From a virus (taxonomy: Duplodnaviria > Caudoviricetes): a DNA stretch of 55,003 nucleotides. Position 1 is the stretch's first letter; each line of letters starts with the position of its first letter. The stretch is from positions 1 to 55,003 of IMG/VR virus record IMGVR_UViG_3300030328_002398, one strand, 5' to 3'. Shown here piece after piece: positions 7,660-17,145 of the stretch. The notes beneath the pieces were generated by a model that worked only from the letters and a program-made list of their open reading frames with translations, was not told where the DNA came from and made no database searches. The position numbers were made by a program, and so were the translations under genes.

Positions 7660-7815
7660 ATGAGTATTATCATTTACCAAGAACACTGTGAGTTTTTAGA
7701 AAAAGAAAATGAACGGTTGAAAGAGGAGAATCTTTTTTTAAAAACACTACTAGAGTATAAGACTTTAGGACTTCCCTTGACAGAACAGTCAAAGGAAGGT
7801 ATAATCGAGCCGTAA
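7660..7815 (+). CDS. 51-aa coiled-coil hypothetical protein (not in ORF track)
   Basis: MSIIIYQEHCEFLEKENERLKEEN... Confidence 0.6.
   Translation: MSIIIYQEHCEFLEKENERLKEENLFLKTLLEYKTLGLPLTEQSKEGIIEP
7777..7805 (+). promoter_or_regulatory. Consensus sigma70 (early) promoter
   Basis: TTGACA-17 nt-TATAAT, perfect match. Confidence 0.8.
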
Positions 7816-7912
7816 TTAACAGGATCATGCCTTTTCTAATAATACCTGCTGCTCTTGCAGTCTATTCTGCATGGGTTATAATTAAATATGACCCCAATTC
7901 TCGTTTTAACCT

Positions 7913-8101
7913 ATGACGGAAGACGAAAAAGCTCAGATGTTCTTGGATGAAGTTCAAGAACAGGCAGGACTACCAAAGATTAAGTTGAGTCCTACTGGAA
8001 GTTGTTACAACTATAATAGACTTAAAAAAGAAGGTTTAGTTGATCAGTCCGAAGATGATGATGAAACTCAAGCCTATGATAAGATTCCTCATAGATATTG
8101 A
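7913..8101 (+). CDS. Hypothetical protein
   Basis: ORF track; acidic. Confidence 0.6.
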   Translation: MTEDEKAQMFLDEVQEQAGLPKIKLSPTGSCYNYNRLKKEGLVDQSEDDDETQAYDKIPHRY

Positions 8102-8123
8102 GTAATCTAACTAAATATAGATT

Positions 8124-8450
8124 ATGAGCCCAGATAGACATGACATACCATTTATAGGAGACTTCTATACCAAAGATGAAGTTGATGGTATGATTTCTGC
8201 TGCTCTTGCTGAAGCAAAAGCAATAGATGAAGCATCGATGCGTAAGCATAATAGAGATGCAACAATAATTAGTATGATTTTGGGATTTACTTGCTTAGCT
8301 CTCTTTCTCGACGGAACTTTAAGATTGTTAGGTATCATCCCACCTTTCATGGATATTGACATAAGTATCATTGATAAGGTTGCTGATAAAGTTGAAAATG
8401 AAATCATGCCATTAGTAAATCAAGCAAAAGGATACATACCAAGAATATGA
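8124..8450 (+). CDS. Hypothetical membrane protein
   Basis: Late promoter at 8111; one TM segment. Confidence 0.75.
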   Translation: MSPDRHDIPFIGDFYTKDEVDGMISAALAEAKAIDEASMRKHNRDATIISMILGFTCLALFLDGTLRLLGIIPPFMDIDISIIDKVADKVENEIMPLVNQAKGYIPRI

Positions 8451-8707
8451 TTTTTCTAGCAAAACCATCAGTTTATACATTGCCTGGAACATGGGAGAAA
8501 CAACCTTTGATTGAGCCAGGTCTTGCTATTCCAATTTTCATAGGAGCGATTGTTATTGGATTATTGGGTTATGGTATATACATGACCTTTGGTGCAGGTA
8601 AGGAAGGACTTAGGGATGAGATCGATGAACATGCTAAGATGCATGAACTAGGAATTGCTCATGGACATGAAGGTAGGAAAGCATCCATAAAACATAGTCA
8701 TGATTGA
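8447..8707 (+). CDS. PsbN-like protein with His-rich tail
   Basis: TM helix followed by GYGIYMTFG....LRD.IDEH, matching the PsbN pattern GY.LY..FG....LRDPFEEH. Confidence 0.6.
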   Translation: MIFLAKPSVYTLPGTWEKQPLIEPGLAIPIFIGAIVIGLLGYGIYMTFGAGKEGLRDEIDEHAKMHELGIAHGHEGRKASIKHSHD

Positions 8708-8804
8708 CACTTCATGGGAATCAATACGATTGTTTCTTATTATAGTGTTGGGTGTTGTTTGGTTTTATCTTTTGAATGTAGAACTTAGGAGTGGAGACGA
8801 TTAA
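8700..8804 (+). CDS. 34-aa single-TM peptide (not in ORF track)
   Basis: MIDTSWESIRLFLIIVLGVVWFYLLNVELRSGDD; overlaps both neighbours. Confidence 0.55.
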   Translation: MIDTSWESIRLFLIIVLGVVWFYLLNVELRSGDD

Positions 8805-9127
8805 TGGCAATATTTTTTATAATTACTTGGTTTGTTTTATTGTTCTATGCTGTTAGACTAATATCACAAGGATGGTCTGCTGCAGCTGATTTATCTAAAC
8901 CAATTATAGAGGAAAAGAAGAGGACTGTTCAAAGACCAATGCATCCAGAAATGGCAGAAGTTAAGACTGGTGATGAACTTTTAGTAGTTAATTTTAATAA
9001 ACAACCTGAACCCCAAGACCCATTATATAAGTCCTTACAGGATCGTATGGATAGTGGTCAGGTAGAAGATCCTTGGGAAGATGAAGAAGAAGATGATGAT
9101 GGGGATATAGTAATAGGAAGAAAATGA
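8804..9127 (+). CDS. DUF2973-like membrane protein
   Basis: N-terminal TM; HPEM....G.ELLVV.F motif; acidic tail. Confidence 0.65.
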   Translation: MAIFFIITWFVLLFYAVRLISQGWSAAADLSKPIIEEKKRTVQRPMHPEMAEVKTGDELLVVNFNKQPEPQDPLYKSLQDRMDSGQVEDPWEDEEEDDDGDIVIGRK

Positions 9128-9570
9128 TTAGAACAATAGGAGATGATGTCCTTAGAGTAGTATCTACTGAGATCGATGTAATAGACGATACTATCGAGGA
9201 ATTATATGATAAAATGTCCGATGCAATGTATAAATATGAGGGCATTGGTTTAGCCGCACCACAGATAGGTATTAACAAACGTGTTATTACTATTGACGAG
9301 GACGGAAAAGCCTATATGATGATAAATCCAAGGATAACTTGGAAGAGTAAGGAGGAGTGTCTATTTGATGAAGCTTGTTTAAGTGTTCCTGATGAACATG
9401 GAGAAGTTTCAAGACCCAAAGAGATCAAAGTTAAATTTCAAGATAAATCAGGAAAGTATAAAGCATGGAAACTTACTGATTTACCTGCAAGGGTTGTTCA
9501 ACATGAGATTGATCATTTAGATGGTATCCTATTTGTAGATTATTTGGAGGAAAATGAACACAGTAACTAA
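9124..9570 (+). CDS. def: Peptide deformylase (short phage type)
   Basis: GIGLAAPQIG, EACLS, QHEIDHLDG. Confidence 0.95.
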   Translation: MIRTIGDDVLRVVSTEIDVIDDTIEELYDKMSDAMYKYEGIGLAAPQIGINKRVITIDEDGKAYMMINPRITWKSKEECLFDEACLSVPDEHGEVSRPKEIKVKFQDKSGKYKAWKLTDLPARVVQHEIDHLDGILFVDYLEENEHSN

Positions 9571-9796
9571 GTTTCATCTTGATGAAGCACAAAAACATTT
9601 AAGAAAAGCATTGGGTTATTCATCTGAGGATGAAAACACAGAAGAATTACAGAAGATGACAGACATCCTTAGTACCTTGGATGGGTGGAAGGGTGACAAA
9701 CCTGTTAAACATGTATTAAACAATTCAGGATTGAGATGGGATAATGAATATGCATTTTTTCCCTCTTTACAAGAAGAAGATTCTGATGTACAATAA
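9554..9796 (+). CDS. Hypothetical protein
   Basis: RBS GGAGG; ORF track. Confidence 0.7.
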   Translation: MNTVTKFHLDEAQKHLRKALGYSSEDENTEELQKMTDILSTLDGWKGDKPVKHVLNNSGLRWDNEYAFFPSLQEEDSDVQ

Positions 9797-9816
9797 TAAT
9801 ATTACTCCTTAAGGAT

Positions 9817-10539
9817 ATGGCAGTAGTTGATTTTGCAAAACAATTAAAAGAGGGTACTAAAACTTCACATACAGCGGCCGAAAACACTAAATTTGTTAAG
9901 GGTTTTCTTAAAGGTTGTGTTGATAAGGATAGTTACGGTCAATTAATTGCTAACTTCTATTTCATATATCATGCTTTAGAATCTGAAGTAGATAGATTAA
10001 AAGAAGAAGACCAAGTAATAGGACAGATTGCATTTGACGATCTGAAACGTCATGATGCACTTGCAGAAGACTGTAAGTATTACTGGGGCGAGACTTGGCA
10101 AGATAAGATACGTCCGACTATAGAAACACAGAAGTATGTTGATCGTATTAGAGAAGTAGCTCATAAAGATCCATACCTTCTTGTAGGACACCATTATACT
10201 CGATATCTTGGTGATCTATCTGGAGGACAGATTCTTAAGGGAATTGCAGAAAGAGCTTTGAATATTCAAGTTGGTGATGGTGGATTGGATTTCTATGAAT
10301 TCCCAACCATTTCTGATAAGAAAGCATTTAAAACAAAATATCGTGCAACCTTAGATGCTTTGCCTATTGATGAATCACAGGCAAATGCTATTGTTACTGA
10401 GGCAAACTATGCATTTCGTTTGAACATGTTTATGTTTGATGAGATACAAGGCAATGCAGGTAAATCATTCTTACAATTACTGAATAGTTATTTTCAGGAT
10501 TTTGTTAGGGAGATGACAGTTTCGGCTAGATATAGATGA
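9817..10539 (+). CDS. ho1: Heme oxygenase
   Basis: LKEGTKTSHTAAEN, HHYTRYLGDLSGGQIL, EANYAFRLNM. Confidence 0.95.
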   Translation: MAVVDFAKQLKEGTKTSHTAAENTKFVKGFLKGCVDKDSYGQLIANFYFIYHALESEVDRLKEEDQVIGQIAFDDLKRHDALAEDCKYYWGETWQDKIRPTIETQKYVDRIREVAHKDPYLLVGHHYTRYLGDLSGGQILKGIAERALNIQVGDGGLDFYEFPTISDKKAFKTKYRATLDALPIDESQANAIVTEANYAFRLNMFMFDEIQGNAGKSFLQLLNSYFQDFVREMTVSARYR

Positions 10540-10805
10540 CTTTTTTATTGATTCTAATTAGTAACTTGATACTATATGCAGTATTGAGAATACATCTAGT
10601 TAAGAAGTTTCGTAATACTTATTCAATCTATCTTAAGGATAGTGATGGTAATAGACAAACCCTATCAGATACTATTGCATACATACTGGAACAGAGAGAT
10701 ATTCTTGATCAGAAAGTAATGTATGTTGCTGGTGAGATGGAAAAGCAGTGGCTTGAAATCGAAAAGGTCAAGATGGTAACTGGTACAGACAAATACGATA
10801 CTTAA
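10536..10805 (+). CDS. Hypothetical protein with N-terminal TM
   Basis: ATGA overlap; hydrophobic N-terminus. Confidence 0.7.
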   Translation: MTFLLILISNLILYAVLRIHLVKKFRNTYSIYLKDSDGNRQTLSDTIAYILEQRDILDQKVMYVAGEMEKQWLEIEKVKMVTGTDKYDT

Positions 10806-10806
10806 T

Positions 10807-10998
10807 ATGAACGATAGATTATCCCTAGATGATAACGAGTCATTTGAAGAGAAAAGAGATCGTGCAAAATCTCTATTCTTAGAATCCCTCTATAAAGCAG
10901 ATCATCAACTTAGAGGATGTGCTCATAATCAAAAGTGTTTTCATGAACTGATGCAGATCAGGGAAGAAATCATTGAACATGTTCGGGGCATGAAATGA
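10807..10998 (+). CDS. Hypothetical protein
   Basis: ORF track; LRGCAHNQ.C motif. Confidence 0.7.
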   Translation: MNDRLSLDDNESFEEKRDRAKSLFLESLYKADHQLRGCAHNQKCFHELMQIREEIIEHVRGMK

Positions 10999-11141
10999 CC
11001 CTATTAGAGAGGCAACTCCTAGTAGTTCAGAAACTCAGATCTTCAATGCCTGATGTTGATCGTACGTATTTCTACTTAAGTGAAACGCTAAATATAAAAG
11101 CACACTTGAGGAATACGAAGGAACAATTTAATGGTAAATGA
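10995..11141 (+). CDS. 48-aa hypothetical protein (not in ORF track)
   Basis: ATGA overlap; fills the gap. Confidence 0.5.
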   Translation: MTLLERQLLVVQKLRSSMPDVDRTYFYLSETLNIKAHLRNTKEQFNGK

Positions 11142-11298
11142 GTCAGAGAGAAAGGATTTGAGGAAAACCGCAAAAAGGTTAATTAAGATTGCAAAAAAAC
11201 ACCCAGAATGGTACAATGATTCTGAGGTTAGATACGCTAAGATGATAAAGCGTGCAAACAAAAAAATTAAGAATAAAAACGATGAAAATCTTCCTTGA
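11131..11298 (+). CDS. 55-aa basic hypothetical protein (not in ORF track)
   Basis: RBS AAGGA; AKRLIKIAKKHPEWY..SEVRYAKMIK. Confidence 0.65.
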   Translation: MVNESERKDLRKTAKRLIKIAKKHPEWYNDSEVRYAKMIKRANKKIKNKNDENLP

Positions 11299-11932
11299 TA
11301 CTGCCGACTTTGACCTGATTAATGAAAGGGTTCAGACAGGTCTTATAGACGGTGTGACAACAAACCCATCACTTATACTTAAAAGTGGCGGAGACCCAGT
11401 AGAGACGATTAAGAAGATCTCTGGAGAGTTTCCTTATTTCGAGTCCATTTCTGCTGAGGTAGTTGCAGATAATGCTCCAGAGATGATGGAACAGGCACAG
11501 GCATTTAAAGATCTTAAGAATGTTACTATTAAGGTTCCATTGACAACTGAAGGATTGAAGGCATGTAAGATGCTTGCATCCGATGGTTTTACTGTAAATG
11601 TAACTCTATGTTTTTCAGTTGCACAGGCAGTTCTTGCAGCAAAAGCTGATGCCACATATGTTTCACCATTTGTAGGTAGGGTTGATGATAACTCTTTTGA
11701 TGGTGTAGGATTGGTTAATGATATTTCCTCTCTATATAAAGAGCACCTATCAAGGACACAAGTTCTTGCAGCATCTCTCAGGAATGTAGCTGATGTTGCT
11801 AAGTGTTTCTCTGTGGGAGCAGATGTAGTAACAATGCCTCCTACAATTTTCGATAAGATGTATAATCACATCTTAACTGACAAGGGACTTGAATTGTTCC
11901 AAAATGATTGGAATTCTATTAATACAAAATAA
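11282..11932 (+). CDS. talC: Transaldolase (TalC type)
   Basis: MKIFLDTAD, GVTTNPSL, IKVP, VNVTLCFS, YVSPFVGR. Confidence 0.95.
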   Translation: MKIFLDTADFDLINERVQTGLIDGVTTNPSLILKSGGDPVETIKKISGEFPYFESISAEVVADNAPEMMEQAQAFKDLKNVTIKVPLTTEGLKACKMLASDGFTVNVTLCFSVAQAVLAAKADATYVSPFVGRVDDNSFDGVGLVNDISSLYKEHLSRTQVLAASLRNVADVAKCFSVGADVVTMPPTIFDKMYNHILTDKGLELFQNDWNSINTK

Positions 11933-12144
11933 TGGCATTATCGACACAAGTAGAAGAGGGATTACGAGCTGCTGAAAAGGAACTTCGTGAGACTCTCGCT
12001 TTTGCTGCTAGAGCAGAAAAACCTTATATTGTTAGAGAGATTGGAGGTATGATTTCTCATATCGATAATTTACTCTCAACAGACAATCTGTTTGATAGAA
12101 TGGATAAGGTCATCGGTGATCTGGAAAAGGAGAGAGATGACTGA
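11932..12144 (+). CDS. Hypothetical protein
   Basis: Coupled to talC stop; LR..LAFAAR.E.P motif. Confidence 0.75.
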   Translation: MALSTQVEEGLRAAEKELRETLAFAARAEKPYIVREIGGMISHIDNLLSTDNLFDRMDKVIGDLEKERDD

Positions 12145-12334
12145 CTGGAGGTACAATGATGAACGTATGAAAATACGTCAAGAATCTTTTTTAGCCCTTA
12201 AAAATTACAATGATTTAGATCATGTCAGGTTCCTCTATGAATTTTGCCACCTCTGGGTATCGCAGGGGAGAAAGGACACAATCGGAATCGAAGACAGTTT
12301 TCTTAGATTCTACGAAGACTCGAAAAGTACGTGA
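12137..12334 (+). CDS. Hypothetical protein
   Basis: RBS AGGAG; MTDWRYNDERM...YEFCHLWV. Confidence 0.75.
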   Translation: MTDWRYNDERMKIRQESFLALKNYNDLDHVRFLYEFCHLWVSQGRKDTIGIEDSFLRFYEDSKST

Positions 12335-12543
12335 AGATTCCATAGTACGAGTTCCTGATGCTCTAAGTTGCGGTAAAGCACTAGAAGGTCGGGTTCTTTT
12401 TATAGGTGATCGTTCAAGTCGTTCTTTAAATGGAACAAAACATGCGGTATATCTTACTGTCTGTATAAACGAAAAATCCCTTACAGGACTTTTAGTATTT
12501 GAACACGAGTGGCCCACTTTAGAAGTCGTTAAGTATTAAATTT

Positions 12544-12777
12544 ATGTTTACAATATACGGAAAAGAAGGATGTGGTGTCTGTAACAAGCTTATAATGGTT
12601 ATGGATATGATTGGGAAGGATTATGAGTATAAACTTCTTGGTGTGGATTACACTGAAGAAGATTTTGAAACTAAATTTCCCAATAAAAATATGTTCCCCC
12701 AAGTAGAATTGGACGGTGAATATATTGGAGATTGTAAAAAGACTATTAATTATTTAAAAGAACATAGGGTCATTTGA
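12544..12777 (+). CDS. Glutaredoxin-like protein
   Basis: CGVC, MFPQV, YIG. Confidence 0.85.
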   Translation: MFTIYGKEGCGVCNKLIMVMDMIGKDYEYKLLGVDYTEEDFETKFPNKNMFPQVELDGEYIGDCKKTINYLKEHRVI

Positions 12778-12778
12778 T

Positions 12779-12931
12779 ATGGCACTTGGAGACATCGACA
12801 TAAATAAGGGCGTTGAACTTTTACTAAAAGGAGAACCTAAAAAACCAGAACCCAAAAAGACTTTTGAGTTAAGATTTGAAGTCCTGAACAGGGAAGTCAA
12901 TCTTTCTCTAGACATTAAAAAGAAGACATAA
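12779..12931 (+). CDS. 50-aa hypothetical protein (not in ORF track)
   Basis: INKGVELLLKG...; fills the gap. Confidence 0.6.
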   Translation: MALGDIDINKGVELLLKGEPKKPEPKKTFELRFEVLNREVNLSLDIKKKT

Positions 12932-12946
12932 CCACGGAGAGGAGCT

Positions 12947-13189
12947 ATGGAAGCTACAGCACTTGTTATAATGACTTTATTGTGCGTGACATTTCTGATG
13001 ATTGGTGGTATAATAGGCTGGTTAGCACAACAAAATAAATTACTCTATCCTCATCAATACGAGCAGGTTGCATATGCACATCCAGAAATGTTTGATGAAC
13101 ATGGTAATTTGATCCCAGATGAGATTTTAGCACTTCGATTTGAAAACAACTATGACGACAGCGAAGAAGACACCGACGAAGAGGAGTAA
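12947..13189 (+). CDS. Membrane-anchored hypothetical protein
   Basis: RBS GGAG; TM; HPEMFDEHGNLIPDEILALRFEN. Confidence 0.8.
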   Translation: MEATALVIMTLLCVTFLMIGGIIGWLAQQNKLLYPHQYEQVAYAHPEMFDEHGNLIPDEILALRFENNYDDSEEDTDEEE

Positions 13190-13739
13190 AACTACAGCGA
13201 CTCGTAAAAGGGCTACTACAAAGAAGCCCACAGCTACACGAAAACCAAGAACAGTGGCAGTTAAAAAACGGGAACTGCCACCCAACCCCTTGGTTCATGA
13301 GATTCTAGAAGCAGTTGATTCTGAAAAGGTTCATACTAAAAAGGTAGATCTAATTAAGACTCATTGTAACAATGATGGCATGAAGATGCTTTTCATTTGG
13401 AATTTTGACGAAAGTGTCATATCCATGCTTCCTGATGGACCTGTTCCTTACCAACCAGTTGATGGTGATCAACAGGCAGATCCAGAAAAGGGAATGCCTC
13501 AGAGAACTACTATTCGTAATGGTGGAAGACAATTCTATCGTTTTGTCAAAGGTGGTGATGATGCTTTGAATAAGATAAAGAGAGAAAGTATGTTTATTAA
13601 TTTACTTGAAACTCTTCATCAAGAAGAAGCAGAGATTCTTATATTGGTTAAGGATAAACAACTGGGTTCAAAGTTTGGTATTACTAAAGAACTAGTTTCA
13701 GAAGCTTTTCCAGAGATTACTTGGGGGAACAGAAGTTGA
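13152..13739 (+). CDS. Hypothetical protein with basic K/T/R-rich N-terminus
   Basis: WNFD, LPDG.VPY, KRESMFINLLETLH..EAE motifs. Confidence 0.8.
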   Translation: MTTAKKTPTKRSKTTATRKRATTKKPTATRKPRTVAVKKRELPPNPLVHEILEAVDSEKVHTKKVDLIKTHCNNDGMKMLFIWNFDESVISMLPDGPVPYQPVDGDQQADPEKGMPQRTTIRNGGRQFYRFVKGGDDALNKIKRESMFINLLETLHQEEAEILILVKDKQLGSKFGITKELVSEAFPEITWGNRS

Positions 13740-14038
13740 AGATAATTCACGAAAACTGTGATCCTAAATTAGCACAGGATAAGAAACTTCCCTATACAGC
13801 ATATCTTGTCGAATATCGTAATGAGGAAAAAACTTGTTACGATATTGCTTTAGGCGATAGTACAGTTGAGATGTTTGACTATTACTATGATAAGTACAAG
13901 AATGTCGTAGCATGGAAACAGTCTGATGGTCAGGTCAATCCCAAATTGTGGAGAGAGAATATGATCAAGAAGTCTGAACCTAAAGCACCTGAGAGGAAGA
14001 CTAGAAAAAGAAAACCAAAAGATGGTGAGGAGAAATAA
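13736..14038 (+). CDS. Hypothetical protein
   Basis: TTG start overlapping the upstream stop; LPYTAYLV.Y, FDYYYD. Confidence 0.75.
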   Translation: MKIIHENCDPKLAQDKKLPYTAYLVEYRNEEKTCYDIALGDSTVEMFDYYYDKYKNVVAWKQSDGQVNPKLWRENMIKKSEPKAPERKTRKRKPKDGEEK

Positions 14039-14244
14039 TGGGACAAAAAACTATTGTATATCGTATCCGTCAGGATGGTATTGTTGAAGAAAGGGTCGAA
14101 GGAGTTTTCGGTGCAGAATGTGAAGAACTCACTAAGAATATCGAAAATAAACTAGGAGATGTTTCTTTCAGACAACATCAACCACAGTATTATCAAAAAG
14201 CTACTACAGAAGAAAATGTCACACTTAAGCACCATCAGGACTAA
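14038..14244 (+). CDS. DUF2997-family protein
   Basis: YRIRQDG.VEERVEGV.G..C..LT..IE..LG. Confidence 0.8.
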   Translation: MGQKTIVYRIRQDGIVEERVEGVFGAECEELTKNIENKLGDVSFRQHQPQYYQKATTEENVTLKHHQD

Positions 14245-14599
14245 AATTAAAGATAAGGATGCCCTGTTGGAAGCTCTTCAAGTACTCAATTATGAGGTTG
14301 AAGTTGATAAGACTATGGTAAATCCAGCCAATCACCAGCATGAAGAATTGACTGTTCATGTTTCAGCTGGAAAGGATATTGGATTTAGGTTGAATCCAAC
14401 AACAGAGACATATGAGTTAGTAACAGATCTTCAGACATGGAATCAACCTATTCCTGTTGAAAGGTTCCTTGATAAATTGTCACAACAATATGCAAGGACT
14501 ATATTACATGCAGCTGTTAAAGAGGAAGGATTCCAAATTGCAGAAGAATGGGAGATGGATGATAATTCCATAGAACTTACAGTTACGAGGTGGGATTAA
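14216..14599 (+). CDS. DUF1257 (Ycf35-like) protein
   Basis: MSHLSTIRT, DIGFR, YELVTDLQTW, FLDKLSQQYA. Confidence 0.85.
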   Translation: MSHLSTIRTKIKDKDALLEALQVLNYEVEVDKTMVNPANHQHEELTVHVSAGKDIGFRLNPTTETYELVTDLQTWNQPIPVERFLDKLSQQYARTILHAAVKEEGFQIAEEWEMDDNSIELTVTRWD

Positions 14600-14802
14600 T
14601 GGATGAAGTAAGACAAGATCATGTTGGCCAACAAGGTAAGGTCGATATCAATGCCGAAGAATATAAGAAGGTAATGAAGAAGTATAAGAAGATTAAGAAA
14701 TATATGAAGTCCTCGATATTTGCCGTGAAAACAATGGATGAGACCGAAACCTTGGTATCTGGTCTATTGAAAGAGGCGGGTGAAATCGAAGATGAAGTAT
14801 GA
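14599..14802 (+). CDS. Hypothetical protein
   Basis: Translationally coupled ORF. Confidence 0.7.
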   Translation: MDEVRQDHVGQQGKVDINAEEYKKVMKKYKKIKKYMKSSIFAVKTMDETETLVSGLLKEAGEIEDEV

Positions 14803-15271
14803 ACTAATTGATAATTTTCTGTCAGAAGAACAATTCCGACCAATCTACGATGCCTTTATGGGTATGGAGATATTTTGGCATTGTTACGATGGTGTAGTAA
14901 TGCCTGGTGATGGAAAGATTCAATTTGTTCATCCTTTATATTCTGATTTTCAACCACAGAGTCCATATTGGATGAAGTTACAACCTATATTTGATAAACT
15001 GGAACCAGTTTCATTTGTTAGGAGTAAAGCTAATCTAAATATGAAAACACCTGTTCATGATGAACATTCCTTTCACAGTGATGTTGACGATTGTATAACT
15101 TCCATTTACTATATTAATAGTAATAATGGATATACTGAATTTGAGGATGGCACTAAAATAGAGAGTGTTGAAAACCGTATGCTTGTTTTTAATTCAAATT
15201 CTAAGCATAGAGGAGTAACCTCTACTGATACCTTGAAAAGGGTGTTAATTAACTTTAACTACTTCATATAA
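14792..15271 (+). CDS. 2OG-Fe(II) oxygenase-like protein
   Basis: FHSD, IYYINSNNGYT, ENRMLVF...H, R.LINFNYF. Confidence 0.8.
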   Translation: MKYELIDNFLSEEQFRPIYDAFMGMEIFWHCYDGVVMPGDGKIQFVHPLYSDFQPQSPYWMKLQPIFDKLEPVSFVRSKANLNMKTPVHDEHSFHSDVDDCITSIYYINSNNGYTEFEDGTKIESVENRMLVFNSNSKHRGVTSTDTLKRVLINFNYFI

Positions 15272-15272
15272 T

Positions 15273-15440
15273 ATGGAAAAGGAAAAACTTAAAGCCGTTG
15301 TTAAAAACTTGAAATCTCTGGTAAATGTGTTAGAATCGGAAGTCTATTCTGATATAGATGCATACACCACTAAGATTACTGATCATTTAAAAGGACCACA
15401 TTATGGAAACAGTGAAGACGACGACGGATACACCGACTAA
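15273..15440 (+). CDS. 55-aa hypothetical protein (not in ORF track)
   Basis: KLK..VKNLKSLV..LESEVYSD...Y. Confidence 0.7.
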   Translation: MEKEKLKAVVKNLKSLVNVLESEVYSDIDAYTTKITDHLKGPHYGNSEDDDGYTD

Positions 15441-15444
15441 TTGT

Positions 15445-16104
15445 ATGGCGAAAAATGTATCTTTAGTATCAGTTACCCCTGATGCGGAAAAACTGATGGC
15501 TTATATTGCCCGAGTTTCTAATCCGTCTAATCAGGATAACGATAAGTTTGCTGGTTTGCTCAGATATTGTATCAAGCATAATCATTGGTCAGTTTTTGAA
15601 CAGTCCTCTATGACATTAGAGATTGAGACTACTCGTGCTATTGCTGCACAGATATTACGTCACAGGTCATTTACTTTCCAAGAATTCTCTCAGAGATATG
15701 CTAGTACAAGTGAGTTAAAGGAGATTGAACTACCAGAACTCAGGAGACAGGATTTAAAGAATCGTCAAAACTCGACAGACGATTTGGATCCTGACGATAT
15801 AGAGAAATTAAATAGACAGATGAATACTCTGTTTAGTTCTGCAACTAATCTGTATCAGCAGATGTTGGAATTGGGTGTTGCTAAAGAATGTGCTAGAATG
15901 GTATTACCACTCTGCACTCCTACTAAGATCTATATGACTGGATCTTGTCGTTCTTGGATACACTATATAAATTTACGTTCTGCACATGGAACACAGAAGG
16001 AACATATGCAGATTGCAGAAGCATGTAGAGATGTTTTTGTTGAAACATTCCCAATAGTGTCGGAAGCTTTGGAATGGATTACCACTGAAGAGGAACAAGA
16101 TTAA
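15445..16104 (+). CDS. thyX: Flavin-dependent thymidylate synthase
   Basis: HWSVFE, QILRHRSFTFQEFSQRY, KECARMVLP, TQKEH. Confidence 0.95.
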   Translation: MAKNVSLVSVTPDAEKLMAYIARVSNPSNQDNDKFAGLLRYCIKHNHWSVFEQSSMTLEIETTRAIAAQILRHRSFTFQEFSQRYASTSELKEIELPELRRQDLKNRQNSTDDLDPDDIEKLNRQMNTLFSSATNLYQQMLELGVAKECARMVLPLCTPTKIYMTGSCRSWIHYINLRSAHGTQKEHMQIAEACRDVFVETFPIVSEALEWITTEEEQD

Positions 16105-16379
16105 TGGCTACCTATCCTGTGAAAAATACGGAAACTGGGGAGACAAAAGAAGTTATTATGAGTATCCATGATTGGGATAAGTGGAAGGAAGACAATCCCC
16201 TTTGGATTCGTGATTTCTCTGATCCTAGTACATGTCCAGGCGTTGGAGAAGTTGGTGAGTGGAGAGATAAACTTCATAATAAGAATCCTGGCTGGTCTGA
16301 GGTCTTGAAGAAAGCAGAGAAGTCTGCTGGTATTCAAGGAAGACTTGCAGGTCGTGGTATCAATACGAGGAACGGATAG
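16104..16379 (+). CDS. FmdB-like small protein
   Basis: MATYPVKN..TGE; position before phoH as in T4-like cyanophages. Confidence 0.65.
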   Translation: MATYPVKNTETGETKEVIMSIHDWDKWKEDNPLWIRDFSDPSTCPGVGEVGEWRDKLHNKNPGWSEVLKKAEKSAGIQGRLAGRGINTRNG

Positions 16380-16380
16380 T

Positions 16381-17145
16381 ATGGCAAGAAGGAAAAGAGC
16401 ATCAAGTAACTCTGATCCTATTGGAGTGGGGATGACTGCGAAACAAATGCGTCGCAAGAAACCTATTAATGATGGTATGTTGGTTCCTGTAGAACCAATT
16501 ACTGATAATCAGAAGATTTTATTTGATCATTATGCCAAAGGTAAGAATCTTTTTGCATATGGAGCTGCTGGAACTGGTAAGACATTTATCAGTCTATATC
16601 TAGCTCTTAAGGACGTTCTAAATGAAACTACTCCTTATGAAAAAATTTATATTGTTAGGTCTCTTGTTAGTACCCGTGAAATTGGCTTTCTTCCTGGCGA
16701 TCATGAAGACAAGTCCTCACTTTATCAGATACCTTACAAAAACATGGTGAAGTACATGTTTGAGATGCCTACAGATGCAGACTTTGAGATGCTCTATGGG
16801 AATCTTAAAACACAGGAGACTATTTCCTTCTGGAGTACTTCATTTATTAGAGGAACAACACTTGATAATTGCATTGTCTTAGTTGATGAGATGCAAAACT
16901 TGAACTTTCACGAGTTAGATAGTATAATAACAAGAGTAGGAGATAATTGTAAAATAGTATTTTGCGGTGACTCTACTCAAACGGATCTTACAAAATCCAA
17001 TGAGAAGAATGGCATATTAGACTTTAAACGTATCATTGAAATCATGGAAGATGATTTTGGTGTTGTTGAATTTGGTCTTGATGATATTGTTCGATCTGGT
17101 TTAGTAAGAAACTACTTGGTTACTAAACTCGCTCTTTCTTTATGA
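16381..17145 (+). CDS. phoH: PhoH-family ATPase
   Basis: GAAGTGKT, IGFLPG, FIRGTT, VDEMQN, GDSTQ.DL, DIVRSG. Confidence 0.95.
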   Translation: MARRKRASSNSDPIGVGMTAKQMRRKKPINDGMLVPVEPITDNQKILFDHYAKGKNLFAYGAAGTGKTFISLYLALKDVLNETTPYEKIYIVRSLVSTREIGFLPGDHEDKSSLYQIPYKNMVKYMFEMPTDADFEMLYGNLKTQETISFWSTSFIRGTTLDNCIVLVDEMQNLNFHELDSIITRVGDNCKIVFCGDSTQTDLTKSNEKNGILDFKRIIEIMEDDFGVVEFGLDDIVRSGLVRNYLVTKLALSL

